DNA of 64,000 bases. Origin: an uncultured Candidatus Saccharibacteria bacterium (GTDB taxonomy: Bacteria > Patescibacteriota > JAQUNI01). Shown in pieces: positions 8,078 to 16,896 of this stretch (its first letter is position 1; each line of letters opens with the position of its first letter). The notes beneath the pieces were generated by a model. It had not been told where the DNA came from, searched no databases, and saw nothing but the letters and a program-made list of their open reading frames with translations. The DNA lies in assembly GCA_964555185.1 (NCBI GenBank), contig CAZKRD010000001.1, positions 34,185 to 98,184 on the forward strand. Reading direction: 5' to 3'. Position numbers and translations under genes: made by a program.

Positions 8078-9601
8078 ATGAACAATATAATAATTTCGTC
8101 TTTCGCGGCAATAATTTTTGGTTTTGTTGGCGGTTATTTTTTACGAAGATTTTTAGCTCAAAAAAAACAAGATTCTGTCGAGGCTAAGGCCAAAGCTTTA
8201 TTAGAGGAAGCCAAGACCCAGGCCCGGGAGCTAACTTTGGGCGCCAAAGACAAGGCCTTAAAATACACAGAGGAGGCCAAGCGTGAAGAGACACAGCGAC
8301 GAAAGGAGCTTGTCGCCTCAGAACACAGGTTAGCGAGAAGAGAGCAGTTTTTAGATCAAAGATTAAATGACCTAGAGAAGAAACAAAGGTATCTTGGCAG
8401 AGAGCAAAGTCAAGTAAAAGAGGTAAAGCGCGAGGTGCTTGAAATTAAAAAGAAACAGCTTAGAACCCTAGAGCGGGTGGCCAATCTTTCTCTTGCCGAG
8501 GCAAAGAAGGTTCTTTTGGAGATGACTGAAGATGATATGAAAGAACGTTTGATCAAGAGAATCAGGAAGCTGGAGCAGACAGAACAGGAAGAGGTAGATA
8601 GGAAAGCAAAGGGAATTTTGTCTCTTGCGATTCAGAGGTGCGCTTCTTCCCATGCCTCTGAATCCACGGCCACTACCCTGTCTTTACCGTCGGATGAGAT
8701 GAAAGGTCGGATCATTGGGCGGGAGGGCCGCAACATCAATGCGATTGAGAAGCTGACTGGTGTTGAAATCGTGGTTGATGACACGCCGGAGACAATTGTT
8801 ATTTCCGGTTTCTCGCCGATCCGGCGGCAGGTGGCGAAAAAGGCCCTAGAGAGACTGATTGTTGACGGCCGGATTCATCCAGCCAGGATTGAGGAGGCGA
8901 TTTCGGAAGCGAAAAAGGAGATTGCGCGGGATATGAAAGAGGCAGGCGATAACGCTTGTTATGACACCGGGGTTGCCGGCTTGCCTCCTAAATTAATCCA
9001 GCTTTTAGGGAGACTGAAATACCGGACCAGCTATGGCCAGAATGTTCTTCAGCACTCAATTGAGGTTTCTCATCTCTCAAGACTGTTGGCGGAAGAGCTA
9101 GGCGCTGATTCAGCGCTTGCCAAGAAAGCGGGTCTTTTGCATGATATCGGCAAGGCAGTGGATCATGAAATCAAAGGCACCCATATTGAGATCGGCAAAA
9201 GTATTTTAAACAAATTCGGTGTTCCCGAAGAGATTATCAAAGGGATGCAGTCTCATCATGAGGACACGCCCCATTCTTCTTTGGAATCCTTACTTGTGAC
9301 GACAGCGGACGCAATCTCTGGGGCGCGGGTCGGGGCGCGTAAAGACACTTACGAAGATTATTTGAATCGTTTGGAGGATTTAGAGGCGATTGCTAACAAC
9401 TTCCCCGGGGTAGAGAAGACCTATGCGATTCAGGCGGGTCGGGAGATAAGGGTCTTTGTTACGCCAGAAGAAATTGACGATCTAGCCTCGGCAAAGCTTT
9501 CCCGCAAGATTGCGGACAAAATTGAGGAGGAGCTGAAATACCCAGGTGAAATCAAGGTTTCTGTCGTGCGCGAAACCAGGGCTGTAGAGTTTGCGAGATA
9601 A
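8078..9601 (+). CDS. rny: Ribonuclease Y.
   Basis: N-terminal TM helix, coiled coil, KH domain (GRIIGREGRNINAIEKLTGVEIVVDD) and HD domain (LLHDIGKAVDHE...HHED). 507 aa is typical. Confidence 0.9.
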   Translation: MNNIIISSFAAIIFGFVGGYFLRRFLAQKKQDSVEAKAKALLEEAKTQARELTLGAKDKALKYTEEAKREETQRRKELVASEHRLARREQFLDQRLNDLEKKQRYLGREQSQVKEVKREVLEIKKKQLRTLERVANLSLAEAKKVLLEMTEDDMKERLIKRIRKLEQTEQEEVDRKAKGILSLAIQRCASSHASESTATTLSLPSDEMKGRIIGREGRNINAIEKLTGVEIVVDDTPETIVISGFSPIRRQVAKKALERLIVDGRIHPARIEEAISEAKKEIARDMKEAGDNACYDTGVAGLPPKLIQLLGRLKYRTSYGQNVLQHSIEVSHLSRLLAEELGADSALAKKAGLLHDIGKAVDHEIKGTHIEIGKSILNKFGVPEEIIKGMQSHHEDTPHSSLESLLVTTADAISGARVGARKDTYEDYLNRLEDLEAIANNFPGVEKTYAIQAGREIRVFVTPEEIDDLASAKLSRKIADKIEEELKYPGEIKVSVVRETRAVEFAR

Positions 9602-9735
9602 GTTCAAAGTTCAGAATTGAGTTTAAAGTTAAAAGTTGATTAGAGAGTGTTGTTGAGTGTAAAGCGCTGGGGGCTTGTAACTTTAGACTTTGAATTATAA
9701 TTTTTAACTTTGCACTTTGAATTTTTAACTATATC

Positions 9736-10524
9736 ATGACCATCTTATTCTTTGGCGATATTATGGGCCGGACCGGCCGCGAGGCAATTAAAGAAATTCT
9801 GCCCCGCTTGAAGGAGGAAATAAGGCCGGATTTAATTATCGCCAATTGCGAAAATCTGGCCCACGGCAAAGGGGTTACCGCTAAAGTTGTTCAGGAAATG
9901 GAGAAAGCCGGGATTGAGGTTTTTACTTCCGGCAATCATATCTGGAAGCAAAAACAGGCCCAGGACCTGCTCCAGGCAAAAGACAGCCCTATTTTGCGGC
10001 CGGCTAATTATCCGCCAGACGTGCCGGGTAGAGGATATCTGATTTTAGAAGTAGGGACCAAGAAGGTCGCGGTGATCAATCTTGTCGGCCGGGTCTTTTT
10101 TCAGGAAGACTTTGACTGCCCTTTTCGCAAAGCTGATGAGATTTTAAAGGAATTAGAAGCGGAAAAATTAGCGGCAGTAATTGTTGATTTTCACGCCGAG
10201 GCCTCGTCAGAGAGCGTGGCTTTGGGCTGGTACTTAGACGGCCGGGTTTCGCTGGTGGCAGGCACCCATACCCACATCCAAAGCGCGGATCAGCGGATTT
10301 TGCCCCGCGGCACTGCTTATATTACAGACATTGGCCTGGTTGGCGCCTATAATTCAGTGATCGGCGTGGATAAGGATTTGGCCCTGCAGGGGTTCTTGAC
10401 CCAAATGCCGGTTCAGTTTAAGGTCGCGGAGGGCGAAGCGATCGTGAACGCGATTGTTTGCAAGATTGACACCAAGACCGGGCAGGCACGGAAGATTGAG
10501 CGGGTGCGGGAGCTTGTCGCTTAA
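9736..10524 (+). CDS. ymdB: YmdB-like metallophosphoesterase (2',3'-cyclic-nucleotide phosphodiesterase, TIGR00282 family).
   Basis: MTILFFGDIMGRTGREAIKEILPRLKEE...IANCENLAHGKG...GNHIWKQK. It sits immediately downstream of rny, as in Firmicutes. Confidence 0.8.
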   Translation: MTILFFGDIMGRTGREAIKEILPRLKEEIRPDLIIANCENLAHGKGVTAKVVQEMEKAGIEVFTSGNHIWKQKQAQDLLQAKDSPILRPANYPPDVPGRGYLILEVGTKKVAVINLVGRVFFQEDFDCPFRKADEILKELEAEKLAAVIVDFHAEASSESVALGWYLDGRVSLVAGTHTHIQSADQRILPRGTAYITDIGLVGAYNSVIGVDKDLALQGFLTQMPVQFKVAEGEAIVNAIVCKIDTKTGQARKIERVRELVA

Positions 10525-10539
10525 AAAGTCCTTAAATCC

Positions 10540-10569
10540 TTGACACGGTATTGGCTTTGTGCATAGTTT
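10540..10569 (+). promoter_or_regulatory. Candidate promoter for hup: TTGACA, 18-nt spacer, TAGTTT, with a roughly 110-nt leader.
   Basis: ttgaca at 10540-10545 and tagttt at 10564-10569. A tgcTAAGAT extended -10 alternative follows, but its spacing is poor. Confidence 0.3.
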
Positions 10570-10680
10570 ATGCTAAGATGAGCGTAAAGCAAGTGATAAC
10601 TGTTTATTTCAAATATTAATAATATTAATAAACCTTAAGTGGGGAGATAAGAAATTATCTTTTCAAGAGGCGTTAAAAAA

Positions 10681-10971
10681 ATGAAGAAACAAGAATTCGT
10701 AGAGAAGCTCGCCAAAAAGACGGATATGTCCAAGAGCCGGGCACAGGAAGTGCTTGAAGCTTTTGAGGAAATCATCACAAAGGCCCTGGTTGAAGGCGGC
10801 GAAGTGGCCTTGACTGGGTTTGGCGCTTTCTCGGTCTCTCATCGTAAAGCCCGCACCGGCGTCAATCCGCAACAACCCTCCCAGAAGATTCAGATTCCAG
10901 CGGTTGATGTCCCTAAATTCAAGGCTGGGAAGAGCTTGAAGGACGCAGTGAAGAAGCAAACCTCTCAATAG
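10681..10971 (+). CDS. hup: DNA-binding protein HU.
   Basis: MKKQEFVEKLAKKTDMSKSRAQEVLEAFEEIITKALVEGGEVALTGFGAFSVSHRKARTGVNPQ has the HU/IHF fold signature. Confidence 0.9.
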   Translation: MKKQEFVEKLAKKTDMSKSRAQEVLEAFEEIITKALVEGGEVALTGFGAFSVSHRKARTGVNPQQPSQKIQIPAVDVPKFKAGKSLKDAVKKQTSQ

Positions 10972-10989
10972 AGTTTTTCAGCACACAAT

Positions 10990-11030
10990 AAAACCTCGGA
11001 TTAAAAGCGAGGTTTTATTGTTTTGTTTTT
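10990..11030 (+). terminator. Rho-independent terminator after hup.
   Basis: aaacctcgg-attaaaag-cgaggttt hairpin followed by ttattgttttgttttttt. Confidence 0.7.
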
Positions 11031-11107
11031 TTAACCCCTCTCCGGGGGAGAGGATTTTTCAAATTGACCCCGGGCTTGAAATTTGCTATATTTTACCTGT
11101 GTTTCCG

Positions 11108-11181
11108 CGGGGTATAGTGTAAGGGCAGCACGAGTCCTTTGGGAGGATTTAGTCCCAGTTCGAATCTGGGTACCCCGACCA
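11108..11181 (+). tRNA. tRNA-Pro(TGG), CCA encoded.
   Basis: Hand-folded cloverleaf. Acceptor CGGGGTA/TACCCCG, D-arm GTGT...GCAC, anticodon stem AGTCC/GGATT with loop TTTGGGA (anticodon TGG), T-arm CCCAG-TTCGAAT-CTGGG, discriminator A, then CCA. Confidence 0.8.
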
Positions 11182-11251
11182 GATAGATTTTTCAGAGAAA
11201 GAAGGAAACTCGATCCCTGCCGGCGTTGAGGCTTCGGCAGAGACAGGCGCG

Positions 11252-13048
11252 CTACTTTGTTTTCCTAATAGATCTCGTTACTTTGTATAAAAGCAGAGAA
11301 TCTTGACCATACAGCTTCTTGAATCTCGCATCAAACATATCTTTTTTAGCCTTCCATTCATGTATAGACATCGGATCAAGTAAAATATATTTCACGTTGT
11401 ATTTTTTTAAGATATCCAAATTATCTGGATTTGTATAAAAAGCCTTCGCATCTCTTTCTCTTGGAGCATAATCGATACCTTTTGTCCAAAGCCAACCAGG
11501 ATACCCCACTAATACAGGTCTGCCGGCTAACGAAGAAACCAGATTCAAATGCGTACTACTGGTCATTATTTGTGCATCTTTTTCAACATTTTGACGAATA
11601 TATGCAGCCATATCTATTGCGTCTTTATTGAAAGTCGTTGGAATTTTATCGACAGGAACTGCATATCTGGGAATAATATCGATTATTCCCGAGTGAACCG
11701 CTAGAACAAAAAATACCAACAACGAGATTATCCCTAACTTCCTGTGAAATTTTATCAGATACATAAACAGGAATACCAAAACCGGGGCAACAAAGAATTG
11801 GAAATATACAAGCAGTTTGTTGTTGTCATAATCCCATGGTTGGAATTTAAATAATTGAACGAGAGCAAAAAACATTATACCTGATAATATAAAGAACTTG
11901 AGGTTTTTGTGTTTAATTTTTTTTCTGAAACCCCAAAAAGCGGCAAAAATAAATAGTGGGAGAATTATCCCAAAGTTAACCCAGAGAAATCTTGTATACG
12001 AAATTATTGTTTCCCAGAAGCTTGGATCGCTGTCCGGATACTTCACAGATCCGATTGTTGGATCGGTCATCCAACCCCATCTGGGTTGGATAAATGAATT
12101 CTGCCCGGAAATGATATTTTCCTTTCCTATAACAAGATAAAGAACTGCCGGCATAGAAAGTATTGCCGCGAATATTAAAATCAAAACAGCTTTTTTGAAC
12201 ATTTCGCGGTCTTTTTTGTACAAATGGAATATTGCAAACAAAATCAGAGTAAAGCCCATAGCCATAAACGAATGGTAATGCGCCAAGAGAGAGAAACCCA
12301 ATATGACAATAAGGGAATAAAAAAACTTTTTTTTCTTCGTTTCCTGGAAACGTAAAAGAAGATAGAAGAAAAGCGTAAAAACAAAAAAGCCCAACAAGAA
12401 GGATCTTTGATGAACCAAAGCCAAAGTTAACGGTGCTCCCCAGGCAATATTTTGCTGAGGATATTGGGCATCCCATTTCGTAACAGTTGAAATATTATTA
12501 TCAACCAAATAATCAGAAAATTCCGATAGAGACATTGATTGGCCGATCCATTGATCGGTGATCAATGAATAGGCGCCAAAGCCGGAACCCAAGAAAAATA
12601 TCAGCAAAGCAGCCAATGCTGCCCATTTTTTTTTGAGAAACTTTTTGTAAATCAAAAAAGTTAAAATAGTGCTTGCTATAGCAAAAAGCATGGCAGGAAA
12701 ATGAAAGGCAAATCTTAGATTGCCCACGATTTTAAATAAAAATCCGCTTATCCAATTTATGAAAAAGCTGTATTTTATAGACGTTCCGGTAAATATAGGT
12801 TCATTCAGATCAAAGAGACTGGTATATCCGAATTTGGTTACCTGGGTAAGATGAAACGGGATGTCTCCGTAACCCAATATGGCAGTCTTCATATTCCCAA
12901 CTGCATCGTAAAGCAGTGTTTTTGAAAGCAAAAGTCCGTGCAATAAAATAAAGAGGATTAAAATCCCGTAAACTATCAATTTTTCTAAAATTTTAGAAAT
13001 TCCTCTCATATGAGTCGCATCTAAGGGGGAAGAATTCCCCTTGGCCAA
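11252..13048 (-). CDS. Large polytopic membrane protein, possibly a GT-C-fold glycosyltransferase (PMT/ArnT/YfhO-like). Function not established.
   Basis: 598 aa with more than 12 predicted TM segments. A large extracytoplasmic C-terminal domain (…YIRQNVEKDAQIMTSSTHLNLVSSLAGRPVLVGYPGWLWTKGIDY…) resembles GT-C enzymes. Alternative start at M14 (13009). Confidence 0.35.
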   Translation of the reverse strand: MAKGNSSPLDATHMRGISKILEKLIVYGILILFILLHGLLLSKTLLYDAVGNMKTAILGYGDIPFHLTQVTKFGYTSLFDLNEPIFTGTSIKYSFFINWISGFLFKIVGNLRFAFHFPAMLFAIASTILTFLIYKKFLKKKWAALAALLIFFLGSGFGAYSLITDQWIGQSMSLSEFSDYLVDNNISTVTKWDAQYPQQNIAWGAPLTLALVHQRSFLLGFFVFTLFFYLLLRFQETKKKKFFYSLIVILGFSLLAHYHSFMAMGFTLILFAIFHLYKKDREMFKKAVLILIFAAILSMPAVLYLVIGKENIISGQNSFIQPRWGWMTDPTIGSVKYPDSDPSFWETIISYTRFLWVNFGIILPLFIFAAFWGFRKKIKHKNLKFFILSGIMFFALVQLFKFQPWDYDNNKLLVYFQFFVAPVLVFLFMYLIKFHRKLGIISLLVFFVLAVHSGIIDIIPRYAVPVDKIPTTFNKDAIDMAAYIRQNVEKDAQIMTSSTHLNLVSSLAGRPVLVGYPGWLWTKGIDYAPRERDAKAFYTNPDNLDILKKYNVKYILLDPMSIHEWKAKKDMFDARFKKLYGQDSLLLYKVTRSIRKTK

Positions 13049-13129
13049 TAATGGGGTTCATTTTTATTTTTTAAGCCCTCATTCTTCATCAGTAATTTTC
13101 AGGTCTTTAATTTTGTTCGACCGATTTTG

Positions 13130-13262
13130 CATATATAGAAATAAGTTGTCATTGCCCGTAGGGGTAGGTCTTGCTTGCCTTGCCCCGCTTAGCCTGCGAG
13201 GCGGACGGTAGGCAGATGTCTACCCTGCCCGGGCGACCACGCGGGGTCGCCCCTACATTTAG
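13130..13262. repeat. Family C: GC-rich hairpin element (cccgtagggg ... ggggtcgcccctac), copy 1.
   Basis: Shares termini with the copies at 17011-17160 and 53247-53340. Much higher GC than its surroundings. Confidence 0.6.
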
Positions 13263-13264
13263 TT

Positions 13265-13915
13265 TTATGAGATTTCTTGATTTCTTTTTAAGAAAACAAA
13301 AAGCGCCATTTCTGTGATCAAGTAAGACCTGCCTATCTTTTCAGATTTGATTTGCCCATTGGCAATTAACCGTCGGACTAGAGCAGTACTCACTTTGAGA
13401 ACACGGGCGGCTTCGGATACAGAATAGACTTTTCGCTTTGCCTGCTTTAAGTAGGTTAAGAACGCTTCTTGGGCTATCCGATGCAGTCTGCCAATTTTAA
13501 AAGCCGCTATCCTGCCCGAAGCAATTAGCTTTATGGCAGTCAAACGGCTTATTTCAAGTTCTTTTTGGAGATTCTTAATATCCAGAAGGGGCTTAACTTT
13601 TTTTTGGTTGGTGAATTTGAGGATTTCCTGTTCTGGGATCCGGTAGAGAGCGCCTACTTTGAGGCTTTTAATTCTTTTTGTTTTTAAGAGTTTCCGGACA
13701 GTGATATGACTGACCTTAAATAAGGAAGCGACCCTTTCAATAGTGTAGAACTTTTGCTTTAAGGAATAGTTAAAGGCTGCCTCTTGAGAGAGGTAGAGAA
13801 AGCGGCCTTTTTGGATAGTTTTAATCCGCCCTTTTTTTATTTGGGCGCGAATCGTCATCTCATTGACCTTGAGAATTTTGGCAGCCTTTTTAATTTTTAA
13901 GAGATGACGAATCAT
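13265..13915 (-). CDS. Protein of four tandem excisionase/MerR-type HTH_17 DNA-binding domains.
   Basis: Four roughly 50-aa repeats, each with a helix-turn-helix and a G(R/A)hhhI wing: ...AAKILKVNEMTIRAQIKKGRIKTIQKGRFLYL; ...VASLFKVSHITVRKLLKTKRIKSLKVGALYRI; ...ELEISRLTAIKLIASGRIAAFKIGRLHRI; ...AARVLKVSTALVRRLIANGQIKSEKIGRSYLI. Confidence 0.6.
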   Translation of the reverse strand: MIRHLLKIKKAAKILKVNEMTIRAQIKKGRIKTIQKGRFLYLSQEAAFNYSLKQKFYTIERVASLFKVSHITVRKLLKTKRIKSLKVGALYRIPEQEILKFTNQKKVKPLLDIKNLQKELEISRLTAIKLIASGRIAAFKIGRLHRIAQEAFLTYLKQAKRKVYSVSEAARVLKVSTALVRRLIANGQIKSEKIGRSYLITEMALFVFLKRNQEIS

Positions 13916-14332
13916 TATTGGGAAGTTGTCGAAAATAAAAAATCTATCGCAATATCAATATATACGACCTAAAATAGGATATCCACAAAGATGGAAGTTT
14001 AACTGACATCCAATTTCATCGTTTATTTTCTGCTTATTTTAGCTAAATATCTCGGTATTGAAATTGTTAAATTGTTGACATAAAACTTAAATATAATATA
14101 CATAGATTATAACATCTTATATGAAAATAGACAAAATAAGATTAAACTCTTTCAGATTTTTTTAAGATCAAAATAAAAACCACCTTTTTCTTAGCGGTTT
14201 TTTGAAGGAGAATAATCACTGCTCCCCTAGTTTGGGGATTATTGCATTTTTGAAATTGACCTTAAGCTTAAAATCTGGTAAATTTTATAGTAGTTTCTCT
14301 TTTTTAAAAAATAAAGATCCCAAGTTGTTCTT

Positions 14333-14403
14333 GCGGGATTAGTATAGTGGTAGTACGTCACCCTTCCAAGGTGAAGGCGCCAGTTCAATTCTGGTATCCC
14401 GCT
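14333..14403 (+). tRNA. tRNA-Gly(TCC), no encoded CCA.
   Basis: Acceptor GCGGGAT/ATCCCGC, D-arm AGTATAGTGGTAGTAC, anticodon loop CTTCCAA (anticodon TCC), T-arm CGCCAGTTCAATTCTGG. Confidence 0.75.
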
Positions 14404-14477
14404 CAATCTATTTTGATTAAAACCAAAAAACACCTGCTACTTTCATTTTAAAGAGGTGTTTTTTGTTTTTATAAAAA

Positions 14478-15317
14478 CTATTTTTTGGTAGGCTTTTTAG
14501 ACTTTTCTTTTTTTTTGGGCTTTAAAGCTTTTTTGATTTTTCCAATGATTTCCTCGGTGGTGAAATTAGCTTTGACCAAATAATCCTGGGCGCCTAAAGC
14601 TTCTCCTTTTTGAATATCGGTTTCTTGTCCGAGATTGGTTAAGAGGATGACCGGGATCCTGGCGATCTGTTTTGAAGCGCGCATTTGCTTCAAGACCTCA
14701 AACCCGTCGATTCCGGGCAGAATGATATCAAGGAGGATTAAAGCCGGCTTTTCTTTTTCAATTTTCCGTAATCCCTCTTGCCCGTCAATCGCGGTGGTTA
14801 CGTCAAAACCCTCTTTCCGCAATTTAGTAACACAGAGGTCTCTTAAGATTTCATCATCCTCGATTAAGAGAATCTTGGTGCCACCACTGTTTTTGGTAGG
14901 CTTTGTTTCCCCTTTTTTGGTATCTGGGCCGATGTCATTTAAGTGCGCTTCTATTTTGAGAATAATGTCTTCAGGGGTTAGATCAGATTTAACCATATAG
15001 TCTCGCGCTCCCAGGGAATATATTTTTTCTTCATTGGGTTCGGAGCTGGAAATGACAATCACTGGTATTTTGGAGATGGTTGGATCATTTTGGATCTCCT
15101 CTAGGACCTCGTAACCATTTTTTTCCGGAATCACGATATCCAAAAGGACCAGGTCTGGTTTGGTTGCTCTGATTTTGCGCAGGCCCTCTTTGCCGTCATG
15201 GGCACTGATTGTTTTGTAGCCTTCTTTGGTTAATTTTTTCCCCATCAGCACCAGGAGATCTTTTTCATCTTCAATAATCATAATTTTAGTTTTTTTGGAG
15301 GTATTGTTTTGAGCCAT
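14478..15317 (-). CDS. Response regulator with two tandem receiver (REC) domains and no output domain.
   Basis: Two CheY-like modules: IMIIEDEKDLL...DLVLLDIVIPEKNG...VIVISS and ILLIEDDEILRDL...ALILLDIILPGIDG...VILLTN. K-rich tail. Confidence 0.8.
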   Translation of the reverse strand: MAQNNTSKKTKIMIIEDEKDLLVLMGKKLTKEGYKTISAHDGKEGLRKIRATKPDLVLLDIVIPEKNGYEVLEEIQNDPTISKIPVIVISSSEPNEEKIYSLGARDYMVKSDLTPEDIILKIEAHLNDIGPDTKKGETKPTKNSGGTKILLIEDDEILRDLCVTKLRKEGFDVTTAIDGQEGLRKIEKEKPALILLDIILPGIDGFEVLKQMRASKQIARIPVILLTNLGQETDIQKGEALGAQDYLVKANFTTEEIIGKIKKALKPKKKEKSKKPTKK

Positions 15318-15388
15318 ATGTTTTGATTTAAATTTTTATTATCTTTAAGGTCCCAGGGAAAACCTGATGATTTTTTGGGGTATTTATT

Positions 15389-16801
15389 TTAAGCCAAGGG
15401 AAGGCTGAAGTGGAAGGTTGACCCCTTGTTTTCTTCGCTTTCTGCCCAGATTCGGCCTTTGTGTTTTTCGATGATGTTTTTAGCAATAAAGAGGCCCAAG
15501 CCCGAACCTTCGGTTTGCATCCGGATCGCGTTGTCGGCTCTAAAGAATTTAGTGAAAAGGTGGTGCTGCTGTCTTTTGGGGATGCCCATACCAGTGTCTT
15601 CAATACTTACGATTAGCTGTGATTTTTCCACTCTTAAGGAAATTTTTATTTTTCCTCCCGAAGGAGTGTAGGTTGTCGCATTGTTGATAATGTTCTGAAG
15701 CACGACATGGATTTTAGATGGATCCATCTTGATTTTGGGCAGAGGTTTGGGGGGCTTTTGAAAAGTTAGGGTTGTATTTTTTTCCTCCAGAGAGTAACGG
15801 AATTCGTTGATCGTGCGGGCAACAAGGTCTTCCAGCGAGGCGGAGACAAATTTGTATTGGAACCGGCCTTCTTCAATCCGGGAGATGTTGAGCAGATCGT
15901 TAACCAGGTGAATCATTCTTTCATTGGAGCGGTAGCCTTTGGCTAAGATGCTTTTTTGCTCTCCGGTCATTTTGCCGATATCGCCGTCTAGGAGCATTTT
16001 AATACTCCATTTCACTGCCGACAAAGGCGTCCTTAGTTGGTGGGAGACAATCGAGATCAGTTCAGATTTCATTTTGTCCACTTCTTTTTCCCTGGTGATG
16101 TCGCAGATGATTTTGACCGTGCCTAAAATCTCTTTTTTCTTTTTGATTGGCGCGTTGGTAACCTGCAGAATCATTTTCTGGGGTTTTTGGATTTTGATTT
16201 CTGCTGTGGAGAAGTGCTCTAAATCTTTGCCCGCCTTCAAGATTTCACGCAGATTCTTGTAGGAGGGGTGAGCCAGGCTGCTGATCGTGGCAGTCATGAC
16301 TTTGTTTTCTTTCACGCCCAGTATTTTTTCTGCTTGCTGGTTTAAGAAAATGATTTGATTCTTCTTATCCAGAATAATAATACCGTCAATCAAGCTGTTT
16401 AGGATCCCTTTTGTTTTGTCTTTAGATGCAAAAGTGGAACTGAAAGCGGGTTTTTTTTGGATTTTGAAGACAAGCCAGGAGGTGATCGCGCTCGCTCCTA
16501 AGAAATAGATCAAAAGCATCCATGTTTCTAAGGGATCGGGATAGGCGAGTCCTTTGCGGAAAAGGTGGACGGTGATCAGGCCGTAGCCCAAGATGCTGAT
16601 TGAGGCTGTGAAGATGCAGACCTTGTAATTATAGAGAAGGCTGGTTAGGGCAAGCAAGACAAAGTAGCCCAAGATCGTGGAGGATTGGTGGCCGGTGAAA
16701 TAGACAACGACCGCGATTAAAGAGGCGACAGCCCCGCAGAGGATATAGATCGCAAGCGAGGTTTCGATTTTTTGAGTTTTATTTTTTACCTGCTTAGACA
16801 T
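15389..16801 (-). CDS. Sensor histidine kinase (TM region, PAS, HisKA, HATPase_c).
   Basis: N-terminal TM helices. PAS-like ILNSLIDGIIILDKKNQIIFLN. H-box SHQLRTPLSAV. G-boxes DTGMGIP...GSGLGLFIAKNIIEKHKGRIWAES. Confidence 0.85.
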   Translation of the reverse strand: MSKQVKNKTQKIETSLAIYILCGAVASLIAVVVYFTGHQSSTILGYFVLLALTSLLYNYKVCIFTASISILGYGLITVHLFRKGLAYPDPLETWMLLIYFLGASAITSWLVFKIQKKPAFSSTFASKDKTKGILNSLIDGIIILDKKNQIIFLNQQAEKILGVKENKVMTATISSLAHPSYKNLREILKAGKDLEHFSTAEIKIQKPQKMILQVTNAPIKKKKEILGTVKIICDITREKEVDKMKSELISIVSHQLRTPLSAVKWSIKMLLDGDIGKMTGEQKSILAKGYRSNERMIHLVNDLLNISRIEEGRFQYKFVSASLEDLVARTINEFRYSLEEKNTTLTFQKPPKPLPKIKMDPSKIHVVLQNIINNATTYTPSGGKIKISLRVEKSQLIVSIEDTGMGIPKRQQHHLFTKFFRADNAIRMQTEGSGLGLFIAKNIIEKHKGRIWAESEENKGSTFHFSLPLA

Positions 16802-16896
16802 TTATTTTAATCTGCGCTGGAAAGTTAAGAGATTGCATCCAATTGATTGAATTATAGCATATTTTTTGGTTACAACAAATTTGTGGTATAATTAGA

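Noticed and set aside
13916-14332. Integrase or prophage remnant at tRNA-Gly
   Set aside because: There is only AT-rich non-coding DNA plus the HTH-repeat protein. No integrase or recombinase ORF in any frame and no direct repeat of the tRNA 3' end could be found by eye.
15328-15603. 91-aa minus-strand ORF overlapping the 3' end of the histidine kinase gene
   Set aside because: It lies fully inside or overlapping the well-supported kinase reading frame and has low-complexity composition. It is spurious.
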